Numbered from the whole stretch's first letter, positions 1 through 12,060 are shown. The stretch is 63,887 nucleotides of DNA, filler included, from Octopus bimaculoides (GCF_001194135.2; 5 parts of 5 records of this genome joined end to end with filler, not necessarily neighbours in it); one strand, 5' to 3'. Notes: generated from the letters alone by a model not told the origin. Made by a program: numbers and translations.

Positions 1-463
1 GTAACTAGTGTCCAGTCGGAAAGAGCTTTTTCAGTTACTGGACTTTTCAACACAAAAATTAGGACAAGTTTGTCAGGTAAAACACTGAATGCATTGTGTT
101 TTTTAAAAGATTATTTTCGAAGGAAAGTGAATCATCAAGCAAGTCAAGAAACTTGATTGATTCTCAAAAATAGAACGACTTGGAAAAACGTTGCATTCCT
201 GATTAAATAAATAAAATACCATTTTTTGTTATTGTTTGTACATAGATACAGATACAGGCACCACCAACATATTTGTGGATATCAGTCAAACTGTTACTTT
301 CTCTCTTTCTCTGTGTATGTATATAAACAAAATACAATATATGACAAACTTCTTCGTTACAGGGACACCGCTCTAAATCCACGAAAACCTGTTTTTAACC
401 GGTTTTGAGAATTACTTGTACTTAAACTCGGTTTTTTGAATTATCGGTTTTGTGCGAGCCCTA
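1..463 (+). mobile_element. 3' end of a hAT-superfamily DNA transposon (transposase C-terminal dimerization domain, subterminal repeats, TIR)
   Basis: Frame 1, 1-156, reads VTSVQSERAFSVTGLFNTKIRTSLSGKTLNALCFLKDYF...stop, matching the hAT dimerization motif TSxxSERxFS..G....R.SL....L.AL.FLK. CGGTTTT subterminal repeats lie at about 399-450, and the end ...GCGAGCCCTA (463) is a TAGGG-type hAT terminus. Confidence 0.85.
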
Positions 464-707
464 GCTCTCACCCTCTGTGTCATGAACAGTTATGTGGCCC
501 ACTCTTAATAAAAGCCAGAGCTTCCTTCGACCACTACATAAAAAATATTAAGAAAAATTGTTATTTAGATATATTTTTATTTTAGTTGTTTACACTATTT
601 TACACTTGTTTATACTTTTATACATTCAAAATTCACAAACTTCTTTATTTAAATTATGAATCATATTCCTTTTGATAATTCAAATTACTGGAGTCCATTT
701 CTCTACT

Positions 708-776
708 CATAGGAGTGGGTAAAAATACAACTACACGATCTAAAGTCTGACCCTGTGCTTTGTTTGCTGTGAATGC
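708..776 (-). mobile_element. Helitron/Pif1-type helicase remnant
   Basis: The minus strand reads AFTANKAQGQTLDRVVVFLPTPM, matching the Pif1/Helitron motif AxTINKxQGQTLxxVxxxL. A degenerate next motif (HEQL-VAHS, cf. HGQLYVALS) lies on the + strand at 481-506. Confidence 0.65.
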
Positions 777-846
777 GCAAGTGAAATCTTTAGGGTCGCA
801 AAAAAGCAAACTTAGACTTTACCTCTCACTGTCCTATGTAAATAAT

Positions 847-1060
847 CTTTTCTACTCTAGGTACAAAGCCTGAAATTTTTGGAGAGGGGCCAGTTGATTA
901 GATCAACCCCAATATGCAACTGGTACTTAATTTATCAACCCTGAAAGAATTGAAAGGCAAAGTCAACCTCAGTGGAATTTGAACTCAAGAACATAAAGAC
1001 AGACAAAATACTGCTAAGCATTTCACCTGGTGTGCTAATGTTTCTTCCAGCTTGCCACCT
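847..1060 (-). mobile_element. tRNA-derived SINE, family A
   Basis: Reverse complement of the GGCGGCGAGCTGGCAGAA...GAGTTCAAATTCC (B-box)...GTACCAGTT...ACTGGGGTCGAT consensus that recurs about 15 times in the window (e.g. 5272-5478, 13802-14036, 15362-15630, 25795-26224, 32965-33192, 39325-39530, 39620-39835, 44195-44413, 53985-54088, 54166-54380). Confidence 0.85.
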
Positions 1061-1454
1061 TGTTCTATGCGAATAATGTCTGGATGTTCTCGTACCATGG
1101 GTTATTTTGATTGACAAAACTGAGATGTAAACAACAGCTGCTTCGATTAGCCATTTCAAATCCTGCTCGAGACTGACACACTTTAATAACCACTAAATAA
1201 TCAAACACTTTTTCCATTTCATTTTTGCTATTAACCATCCTCACGACCCCCTTTGTGTCTGATCACTCTTAGCAGACGGCTGGACCAATAGTTATGATAT
1301 TTTGGGGGATTACAAAAACTCTCATCAGGAAGGTTTTTGGCATAAAAAAATCAGCAAGTATGATTATTTCGTGGCTATCAATTTTTGAATTGATAAACCA
1401 CCTTCACATTTTTATTAAAAATTCACCAACCACGAGTAACTCTGAATTTTCATC

Positions 1455-2495
1455 TTATAGTTCATGGTAGCACAGGGCTTGGAATTTTTCAGCATTAGAC
1501 TGCATATTATTATCCTCAGTCCATCTGTAAATTGAGTTCAACTCCTGCTGCAGGTGTGTAACGTTGCTGGGGTTCTGTATCCTCTCCGAGACTTTCATAT
1601 CATCTGTGTAGCTAGTAAGGGTGACTATCCAGGCAGTTGAGGGCATATCTGAGAGGGCTACTATGAAAAGCAGTGGTTCCAAGATAGTACCCTGTGAAAC
1701 ACCGCTCACTATTTGTGTTTGCATTGAGGTGGCTCCATTGGCCTTTACTGCCTGGATTCTATCTTTCAGAAAGTCATGTAACCACTCTCCAAGTTTTCCA
1801 GCTATGCCGAGATCATGCAGTTTGTGGCATATCATACCATGATCCACTTTATCAAAAGCTTTTACAAAATCAAGGTATATTACATCCACATTTGAGTTGT
1901 TGAGTAACTGCCTCAACGCCCAATCATAGTGCTGTAAGAGCTGGGTCAGGCAGCTCCTACCTGGTTGAAAGCCATGCTGGGTATCACTCAGCAAGTTGTT
2001 TTCTTCAAGGAATGCGATTAGTTTCCTTCTGACTATCCATTCCATGACTTTGCTGATGTTTGAAGTCAGAGAGATAGGCCTATAGTTTTTGGCATCTGCT
2101 CTGCTTCCCTCTTTATGGATTGGGCATATTATTCCCTCCTCCAGTTTGCTTGGCGGCTTGCCATTTGCAAGAAAGCTCTGGAAGAGAATCTGTAGGAGTT
2201 TTGCCAGAGCATGCTTACACAATTTGAGGTGGATTGCTGGGAAACCATCAGGACCAGCAGTTGAGTTTGTGTCCACCTCATCTATGGCTAGTAGTATATC
2301 TTCTTCACTAATGTTGATGTAATCCATCGTAACTGCCTCACTGGTTATAAGTGAGGCTGCAGAGAAATTCACTGGTTTGTTCACTTGTCTGTGTTCCAAC
2401 AGGGTGGTAAGGACACTTTTGAACTAGTCATTCAGTACCTCACTGATCCTGGTTGGACTATCTGTGAGGGAACCATCTTTTTGGAAGAGGGGTCC
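1455..2495 (-). mobile_element. 5'-truncated CR1/L2-group LINE reverse transcriptase remnant
   Basis: ORF 1455-2399 contains GPDGFP, NYRPISLTSNISKVME, QHGFQPGRSCLTQLL, YLDFVKAFDKVDHG, QGTILEPLLF and a degenerate YTDD. Upstream GPLFQKDGSLTDSPTRISEVL is interrupted by a stop. Confidence 0.9.
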
Positions 2496-2950
2496 TATCT
2501 TGCAGGTTGTAGTTTGCACAGTCCAGCATCTCTTGAGCAATTTCCATGCGGAGTTGATTCTGCTGCTCCACCAGTACCTTGGGGACAAATTTTGTTAACA
2601 CTTTTTGCATTCACAAATCTTCCATTAAAATGCAATGTGCTGATCCTGTGCTTATTCCCACTTTGTGTGCAACTTCCTGGATTGTTACATGATGATCTTC
2701 TATGACTGCTCGCTCAATTGGCATCTTCTCAATTGGCATCTTCTCAATTGGCATCACAGTTCAGCTTGTGGATGGCCTGCCTGCGTGTGCCTAGCTCTCA
2801 CTTAGATGTGGCCATATCTGAAGTGGTTGTACCACTCCTTGATCTGAGTTTTGCCCATGACATCATTGCCAAAGGCCTGCTGAATAATCTGGATGGTTTG
2901 AATGAGTATCACGAAGCTTTTGGCAAAACTTGATGCAATATCATTGCTCG
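2496..2950 (-). mobile_element. mariner transposase N-terminal remnant (frameshifted, with stops)
   Basis: Minus-strand pieces CIKFCQKL, IQQAFGNDVMGKTQIKEWYNHF, GRPSTS and VGISTGSAHCILMEDL*MQKVLTKFVPKVL...LRMEIAQEML match the mariner double-HTH region. Confidence 0.85.
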
Positions 2951-4356
2951 ATGCATTTGGTGAAACAAAAATCTAATGAGACGCACTACACGTCTGTACT
3001 CTAGGCATAACAGCTGAGAACTGACAATTGTGTGAAATTTTTCACACATGCACAGAAAGTGGGGCATCATCAACCGAAAGGATTTTGCCTATTCAGCATT
3101 AATTTTGGTGGGAAATAAATAAAGTCAGCTACCTTTTTGAATGCATCTCATATATGTGTGTGTATGTTTGTGTCTCCTTGTCCTGATGTGGCATAATAGT
3201 TGGAAGTAAGTGTTGTAGTCATAGAAGCAGTGTTGTTCATTTTCAATATTCTTTATAAACATGTCTGGCCATGGGGAAATGTAACTTTACCTGGAAACAG
3301 GTGAGTATTGGTAACAGAAATGGCATCTGATTGGAAAATCTGCCTTAACAAGCTCCATTTGTCCCATACAAGAATAGACAAGTGAGCATTGAAATGATGA
3401 TGATAATGATTGGATGTTGGTTAAGATGTTTTGGGAAAAGTTTTATATAAGTACATATGCAGAGTACTTTTGCATATATATAATTATGCTAAAACATTAA
3501 GACGATCAATTGGCAGAGTCATTAGAGTATTGGGTAGGCTGCTTTGCAGTATTCATCATGGATCTCTGCATTCGGAGATCAAATCCACCATGGTCAACTT
3601 TCCCTTTTTTGAGGAAAATAAATAAAATACTGCTCTTAATTCTTCTCTCTCACTTTTTCTCGGGAAGAAATAGGCTGTGTTTCAGATATAGAGAGGTATG
3701 GGCTTTGCCAAATTGAATAAAATTTTTTTTTTAATCCCAAAACTTGACTCCATCAAGTGTTGAGTGCACCTGTCACCTATCATATTTAAATTCTTTTAAC
3801 AAAAATATGACCAACAAGTTTTGCAATTTTATTTTCTATGAGAGAGCAAATGATTGTATTTATATGTTATCAGACAAGTGCTAATGTCAGTGGCTACCCT
3901 AATACCAACACTGCATTGTATTCATTGTGGACTATTATCTCTCAAAAGGGGCTGGTAGCCACCCTCCCTAGGGGTGGGGGTTGAGTGTGCTGGAAAATTG
4001 TGTATGGATACTCTAAATAGAGAACGGAAATAGGGAAGGTGATAGATGCGTCTGTACAGTTGTTTTTAATCTTTGCTTTCTGTGTATAATATTCAAACAA
4101 ATTTTGATGTAATATTATAAAACTATTTATTGTCCACAATCACAATAACTATGACAATATCAACAATAATAATAGACTTTGGAATGAGTAAATAAATAAA
4201 AGCAAATATATATGACCTATACATGTAAGTTACATAGAAAGGAAGAATTTAAAAGACATTGTCAATATTTGTGGGTTTTTTCATATATGTAATAAAGATG
4301 GCCACTTCGTCTATAGCATTAGGTCCTGATGTGTGTGCTTCTGCTCATTGTCACAA

Positions 4357-4576
4357 CCCTTTAGCATTTAAACCAGCCAAATCCAGCCCATATATTCAAC
4401 CCCTTTTATGTACAAACTGGCTAGATCTAATCTTTCACACCTACTCTGCAATGTCATTCTAAAAATAAATAATGACATCATTGAAACCTCAAAGCTATAA
4501 GACATTGCATGATTATTTCTAAATAATGTGAATGAATAAGCATTACATTTGACAGAGTAATATGAATGCTAAAGGG
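4357..4576. mobile_element. piggyBac-like MITE
   Basis: 12-bp TIR CCCTTTAGCATT / AATGCTAAAGGG with degenerate TTAA-like flanks (ACAA, ATAA). Confidence 0.55.
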
Positions 4577-4639
4577 ATAATACATCAAGAGTAAATCAGT
4601 TCAGCCTGAACTTGCCAGTGTTATTAAAATTTTTGGTGT

Positions 4640-5245
4640 TACTGGGGTAGTCATGATGGGTATATCAGGCTTTGTATATTTGTGCCTCAGTGTCACTTTG
4701 ATAGCAGGCAGTGGCTCTCATGGTTTCTGATCTTAACTGATTGGAAGTGTTATCATGTACATTGTTTTGTCTTGGTATAAAAAGATGGGCTACAGCAAAT
4801 ATTCTGCTTAATACCACAGATTTGCTTGTCAGTTATTTGACCTTAACCAGTTGAGCATGTCCCTTGGTGGCTGACGATATGTGCATCTCTGATCATGAGC
4901 AGAAGTAGTGAAGGAACATCATAGCCATGTGTTGAGAGGAATTCTTTTGGGGTTTGGATAATTCAACTCTGAAAACATGGGTGTTTTGCTCAACATCCTT
5001 AAACAAACCTTATTCAAGGACCTTTTGAGCGAGATGGGCTACTTGACCTGAAGAAAATTCTATCTGGGCCCCACCTGCGAGGTCATGTGCTGTTTATCTT
5101 GATATGAGATCACCATGTCGCGCACATATGGTTGTGATGCATGTGCCTGATGTACCCTTATCAGACGGGTAGTCACAATGGGTATAATGGGCTTTGTATA
5201 TTTTACCCCAGTGTCACTTTGATGGCATGCATTGCTCTCTCATTC
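4640..5245 (+). repeat. ~600 bp interspersed repeat with ~55 bp direct terminal repeats; second copy at 38545-39062 (-)
   Basis: GGGTAGTCA..ATGGGTATA...GGCTTTGTATATTT...CAGTGTCACTTTGAT occurs at about 4646-4701 and 5167-5223. A diverged reverse copy lies at 38545-39062. Confidence 0.7.
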
Positions 5246-5484
5246 AATAATAATAATAATGATGATGATGTGCTAACGATTCTGCCAGCTCGCCACCTTA
5301 ATTATAATTCTTTCTACTGGAAGCACAAGGCCTCAAATTTCGGGGAAGGGAATAAATCGATTACATCGACCCCAGTGCATAACTGGTATTTATTTAATCG
5401 CTCTCGAAAGGATAAAAGGCAAAGTCGACTTCAGTGGAATTTGAACTCAGAACATAGTGACAGACGAAATACCGTTAAGCATGA

Positions 5485-6065
5485 TAATAATAATAATAAA
5501 ACGATGGCAAGAAAAGCCCCTACATGGTAAATACTGGGCTAAACTAAATGCGAAAGAAATAGACAGAGAAAAATCCCAGCAATGGCTGAGAAGCTCAGGA
5601 CTCAAAGCAGAGACTGAAGGATTTTTAATTGCTGCACAAGACCAAAGCCTCCCCACCAGAAATTACCAAAAACACATAATGAAAAGAAATATAACAAGTA
5701 ACTGTAGAATATGTGGAGATCGACAAGAAACAATAAATCATATTATCTCTGGCTGCCCAGTCCTGGCTAAGAAGGAATATATTCACAGACACGACAGAGC
5801 TGGGACCTATATACACTGGAAGCTATGCCAACATTATGGANNNNNNNNNNNNNNNNNNNNNNNNNNNNNNNNNNNNNNNNNNNNNNNNNNNNNNNNNNNN
5901 NNNNNNNNNNNNNNNNNNNNNCACTACTGGGTACTGCACACATTCTACGCAAAACACTTTCAATACAGTAAACATAAGAGCACCACAGCAAACCACAGCA
6001 CATACCCAAGGCGCACAGAGCTGCGCTCGGTAGTGAAGTGAAAGCACGTTATAAAAATAAAACTA

Positions 6066-6100
<35 letters not shown>
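5485..6100 (+). mobile_element. R4/Dong-like non-LTR retrotransposon (RLE type), 5'-truncated, in (TAA)n
   Basis: LHGKYW...LKAETEGFLIAAQDQSLPTRNY...CRICG...ETINHIISGC (CCHC)...RHD...IHWKLC, then after the gap LLGTAHILRKTLSIQ*. The element has a (TAA)10 tail at 6071-6100 and (TAA)5 at its 5' junction. Confidence 0.85.
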
Positions 6101-6102
<2 letters not shown>

Positions 6103-6262
6103 GTTTCTTAAACATTCTCTAGAACAACACTGTACAAATCCAAATATATGGTACCCTAGGCATAACACCTACATGAACTTCTAGCTTGTTCTCTCTTGAG
6201 GTCTCTGGGTGAGACTTGGATCCAACTTGTACAAATGCAAAGCAAAAGTCAAACATAAAATA
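6101..6262 (+). repeat. interspersed repeat, probably the 3' UTR of a Dong-like family; second copy at 37878-38058 (-)
   Basis: TGGTTTCTTAAACATT...GGTACCCTAGGCATAACACC...GAGGTCTCTGGGTGAGACTTGGATCCAACTTGTACAAATG...AAAGTCAAACATAAAATAAT; the reverse copy abuts a (TAT)n tract. Confidence 0.65.
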
Positions 6263-6689
6263 ATATGCATATTGCGCTCAGGTTCGCCACAACTCATCGA
6301 AAAGGGTAAATGAGGGGACAAAAAGAAGCGATAATAAAGTAAAGAAAGACAGCAATGAAAGCTGGATGTGCATGCATAGTACACAGGATAAAACACGTAA
6401 AAGTGCTGTAGAGAAGAAAGGGTACAAGTGGCACATCAGGAGTGGTGTAAGCAAATTTTGCGAAGCGTGGAATTTTTGAAGGAAGCAGTGTTACTGACAG
6501 CTAGCAACCGATGATGATGCTGGTGATGATGATGATAATAATGATGACGACGACGACGATGATGATGATGCCGATCCTCCTCTTGTTTCTTTTCATTATC
6601 ATCATTACCACCATCACCACCACTATTACCATCATCCTCATCATTAGTATGCAAAAGATGAAGGCTTCAATGACGACGACGACCCTGCA

Positions 6690-6940
6690 AGTCAGTTAGT
6701 AGAATACGCATGCGGGTCCGAAAACTAGTTGCAGTTTACGGATGTAGGCAGACAAGCGAAGAGAAGGCAGCAAGGCAGTAAAACAGACACAAGTTTGACA
6801 ACCAACAAACTGACATTTTATTTATCCATTTTTCGTCGTTGTCAGTTTTTCGGCGAAAACAGTTGGTTTTCTTGTTTTCATGTGATTTTGGAGAATGGCG
6901 AAAATTTACGAACCGGTCGGTAATCTACTGAGAGGTACGT
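6690..6940 (+). promoter_or_regulatory. CpG-retaining segment; candidate promoter/first exon (ATG 6895, donor after 6934)
   Basis: CpG dinucleotides are locally dense in a CpG-poor background. GAGAATGGCG start context, MAKIYEPVGNLLR, then AG|GTACGT donor. Confidence 0.3.
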
Positions 6941-8314
6941 GTTTAATTTGTTACATTCCTACATCACACACACACACACACACACACATACAGATATTAT
7001 ATTCCTTACATACTCTTACAGGGAAATGCAGATTTCAATTAATAGAAAAACCTTTGAAGTTCTGTCTCATTTTCTCTCTCGTATACATCATATTCGGTTC
7101 ATTTAAATCTTCATTCATTTAGTTCCTCAATAAAAGTAAATACCAAACGTACAGAATAAACCATTTACTAAAATACAAAATCAGGAACACACAAATACAC
7201 ATACATTCGGAGACATACTAATACATAGTCGTATAAGCTTATTAAATGTAGTTTCAGTTAAGTGTTAATTCTAGTTTGTTCCTACGTAGGATAAAATGGT
7301 AAGGAGCGGAACAGGCGTCGAGGCTGGTTTTGTTCTCATCTATGTCGTACCTCCGAGATGGAGTCATTCTTGCTTTATTGTTGTTGTTTAACCGCAGGTC
7401 AGCTCTGATGAATCAGATCTATGATCAAAGAGACAGGACGGTCACTTTTTAGCCGCGGACATTCCGTCTTTTTAAAAATTTTGTTATATCAAGAACTACA
7501 TTGTCTATTGTATTCCCCTTTATCAAATAAAAAAGAAAAAGGAAAAATTCGACTGCTATTTTCAGCAGATAGGATGGCTGTATAGAGGTCTGTAGGAAAA
7601 CGTTTATTCGTTGCATTTTATTTTGCTTGTCTGCTCGAAGCTCGATTTTCCTATCATATCGGAATGATTGATAATTTAATGTTTACGTGTACCGTCACAG
7701 TCCGATATATAAATATATACATTAAAGTATAAAACCAATAATCGCCAATATACGAATGATATATAGGCACGAACCCAGATCTTGTTCATTTTGATCATAC
7801 ATACATACACATATACACACGCATATATACTCGACATTACTTTTGCCCTTGCGATTTTGTTGTACACACATACATACGTGTGTGTGTTTAGGGCAAACGT
7901 AAATATAACCACACACACACACACAGTACAAATGCACAAAGCGATTTACATGAATACATTGAATACATTTATATACATAAACAAAATATAACCCATCATA
8001 GACATTTTTTCAGTATCAGCCGGTGCAGCTGGTGTACATCGCTAGTGTTACTTACATTTATGAAATTATAAATAACAATTCTTGCATTTATTCATCTTTA
8101 AATATTATGAAACAACATAATCGAATCTTCCTCAGCACGGGCCGTTTGGTGTCATGTTACTATCGTTTTGTGAAATTAACATTTGACATCCTGGAGTAGC
8201 TTCAGAATTCCCAGTTACGAAATTCTAATATCTAAGCAAATCAAGGTATTAGCATTCTTGAAATAAATAAGATGGTTGTATAAGTGTGTGTGTGTGTAGG
8301 CATAAGTTCCATGC

Positions 8315-8360
<46 letters not shown>

Positions 8361-8394
8361 GCATATGTATGTATGTATGTATGCAGATATATAT

Positions 8395-8574
8395 ATCATC
8401 AGTTAACGTCCGCTTTCCATGCTAGAATGGGTTGGACGATTTGACTGGGGACTGGCGAACCAGATGGCTACACAAGACTCCAATCTGATCTGGCAGAGTT
8501 TCTACAGGTGGATGCCCTTCCTAACGCCAACAACTCCGAGACTGTAGTGGGTGCTTTTTACATGCCACTAGCAC

Positions 8575-8576
<2 letters not shown>
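8395..8576 (-). mobile_element. RTE LINE 3' end / RTE-tailed short element
   Basis: Reverse complement of AAAAGCACCCACTAC...GGAAGGGCATCCA..TGTAGAAACTCTGCC...CCCATGCTAGCATGGAAAGCGGACGTTAA(GAT)n, the same tail as at 19061-19253. Related copies lie at 10240-10560, 14940-15360, 19600-19860, 54835-55760 and 55990-56200. Confidence 0.8.
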
Positions 8577-8618
<42 letters not shown>

Positions 8619-9806
8619 GCACACACACCGTGAACAGTCTGTTACGCAAACTAGGTGCTGTAATTATAAGTTGTTCTGTAAACCTTTGTCGCCATGATAC
8701 ATCTTCCTCTTTAAACTTGCTGTTTTTTTAAAATCAGCATCTGCATTTTTGTGGTTAGATTTTCGAAAACCTGTAAAAAGGAGTGTGATAGTCAATTCTG
8801 AGATGCTTCAAGTGCTGACTCTAATTTTTCTCGAGAACCTGTTTCGTTTACGAAAAGGCTTATTATTATTTTCGGCAGGCACCTCAAACAGTTTCATATT
8901 CTAAATGACTGTTTTACTTTTAGCCATTTAGTGTTATATTACGTTAATTGATAAATTATTCAAACACTTAATTAATTTGTAAAGAGATTATAGATATTAG
9001 TTTATCGTTTTATAAAAAATTTAGTGTTTATTACTTTGGGTGATTGGAGTGATTGATGCCGTTATAAATTTGGTTATAATTTACATTACATTTTTAATGT
9101 ATTTCTGTTGTAATTTTATATTTAATAGCATCTAAAAATAAAACAGTTGTTAAATAAATAAATTATTAAATATAAAAGGCGGTGAGTGTGTATCTCCTAC
9201 AAAAAGAAAAATATAACACAAACTGTTGATTTTTGCTTTACTTAATTACAGAATTTGTCATAGGGCAAAACATCTTACGATGGGAAAATCCTGTTGCTTG
9301 CAATAGAATCCGGATATATTTTATTGTTAACAATATTTAACCTATGTAATTATATACTGATAAAAAGAAAATGTGAGTCAATGAAATAGTATGAACTAAT
9401 AGATTTATCAGGTTATAAGTTATATAACGCTTATATAATACAGTTCAGTTTGTTAGCAATGGATGTCCTGTATTCAATATTTTCTGTTCACTGTTCAATA
9501 TCTGTTCATGCATATCATACTACACTGGAAATTTCTGTATTTCTTGCTGATGGAGAGAAATGGTATGAGTCATCTGTGTGTATTGAAAAGCAAGAGACTC
9601 GGAGTAGTGATGGGAATGAATCATCAGCTTTAGCTAAATAAATTAATTTCTTCTAGTTGTATTGGGTACCTTATTTTGTTTTGCATACACAAACTGATCT
9701 CTCTCACACTTTGTATTTGTGTTATCTTCCTCCCTCCCTTCCTCTCTTTATGCCTGTGTATGTATGTGTGTCTATGCGTGTATATATATGTATGTGTATG
9801 TATATA

Positions 9807-9895
<89 letters not shown>

Positions 9896-9924
9896 ATAAG
9901 TGTATTAATGATAGTCTGTATATG

Positions 9925-9980
<56 letters not shown>

Positions 9981-11604
9981 TATATGTGCATGCATGTGTA
10001 GATTTTTTGTGTGCATGTTTATAGTTTTAAAGCAATCTCACCTCAATGCACTCAGAAGTAGAGTTATATATATTTACTATTGGTTAGTTTACAGCTTTAT
10101 AAACCTGTTTCAGACAAAATCACAAAGACTGAATCAGGTTTAGGAAGCTTTTAAATGTGCCAAGAGAAATGAAGTGCCATTCAAAACTTTTTATTCTTTA
10201 CAAACAATACACAATGCTTCAAGCGAACTACAATACTCTCCTATAAATATAATCATTGTCATCTTCATGTCTGCTTTCCATGCTAGCATAGGTGGGACTG
10301 TTGAACAGGGTCCAGTAGGTCAGAAAATCACATTTTGCTCTAGTGTTAGGAAGGCCATCCAGCTGCAGAAACCATTTGGGAAGTTTTCTATAATTGGATG
10401 CTCTTCCTAATGTCAGCCATTTTACAATGTACCAAGTGCTCTTCATGGCACCAATACTAGTGAAGTCACTGTGTGGCTTGTAGCACTAAAGTGGTTGGTG
10501 TAGTAGAAAGGGAGGTGGTTTTATGCTAGGTGTTGAGCGGTTAAAGCATGATAGATGGTGCCAGAACAGAATAGAAGTTTCTTGTTGTAAGAGATACATG
10601 GCTATCTTGCATTATATAAGGGTAGGTTGAAGTAATTAGGGTGGAGCTGGAAACAGAGATAACGATAAGTGTGATGATGTGTCTGAGTCCAAGTTCAATG
10701 GAAGAGTGAATGGGACAGAAGATCAAGTGGATGGATAAAGGCTGCAAGAGTACTGGAAATAGTAAGAGATGGGGCACAGGAGTGAATATAGCAAATGGTC
10801 AGTGGTAATTGTGAGTGTGAGAATTGGCGATATGAATGAGGGATAGATGTCAGGAGAAGTGGCTCAGTGGAGAGGAAGTGATAACTGGCACTTATAGAAA
10901 GTGGTGAACAGAAAAGAAGCCAAGAGTGTCAGGGAGAGTGAAACACAGATAATAGCAGAGGTGGAGGTGGTTAGAGGTACATAGGGGTGAATGTAGTGAG
11001 TAGCAAACAAAAGTGGCGGCTGGTCAATGATAAATATGAGATGACGTTAAGAGTGAGGTATGTGTGTCAATAGTAAGTGGCTTGGAGGAGAGAGAGTGAG
11101 GACTGGCAGCTTAGAAATGAGGAACCATAATGTTAAGTATGAAGGATGGATGTCTAAAAGAAGTGGTTCCACAGAAAGAGAGAGAGAGAGAGGGATGGTG
11201 TTATATGTAATTCTACTTTAATTACAGTAGCAAAATAATGCAATATTTAGAAGAGTGATGGAAGGATAAGGGGTGGGGAGATGATTTTGATAATAGTGCA
11301 CTTTGAGTACCATTTGGCTTTTGAATGCTTTTAGCAGAGTTCACACTGTTATAAGCATTTGGACCAGGCCTCTGGTTTAGTGATTTCCATGAGCATTCTA
11401 TGTACCATCACCTTCTACACTTTCTTGCCCAATTCTTTCCCCTCTTTTCAAACATTCAAGGATTTCTCACCAACCCTGATCCCTCACATCTCTTACACCC
11501 TAACCACACTTAATTCTCTCTAAGGTAGAAATTTCTCAGCCCCTATCTATCTCTCTTGTCCATAGTACACTCTCTACTCAAATTTGGCTTCAAAATGTGG
11601 TGTC

Positions 11605-11681
<77 letters not shown>

Positions 11682-11699
11682 TCCACTCTCTCTGCCTTT

Positions 11700-12060
11700 C
11701 ATTTTTCTTGCCTGAATTTGAACAATAATGACTTCCAGTCATTCTGGCTCAGTTTTCTCTCTCCCTCATTCACCTAAATATATATGCCCCTTCTATCACC
11801 CTCTGAACTTCCTAAACCTTCAGCAATTCTTTGACTGCATCTCCTGTTGCACTGAGAACATTTGTCTCCCTTTTTGAAATTATTGTCCTAGGTGACTTCA
11901 ATGTTCACTACTCCTCATGGTTCCCACACTGATGCTGCCAGTGCAAAGGCTGAATCCTTTGCTATTCTCAACTTTTTACACCAATGCATTTTATTTCCTG
12001 CACGCATCCCACATGGACTCAGACACTCAAACACCCTTTTCTAACCTAAAAACTCGACCA
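11700..12060 (+). mobile_element. degenerate LINE AP-endonuclease domain remnant
   Basis: IVLGDFNVH at about 11883-11909, followed across frameshifts by HTDA...AESFAILN..HQ...PARIP, typical of the CR1/Jockey-group APE region. Confidence 0.6.

Noticed and set aside
3500-3620. Possible terminal exon on the minus strand (KVDHGGFDLRMQRSMMN...)
   Set aside because: The acceptor is purine-rich and poor, and there is no recognisable homology.
9630-10143. Many ORFs of 60-300 aa made of YI/CV/HT/LS repeats, homopolymer runs or X
   Set aside because: They are translations of microsatellites and N gaps (also e.g. 18233-19181, 22119-23082, 51691-52655, 60006-61921).
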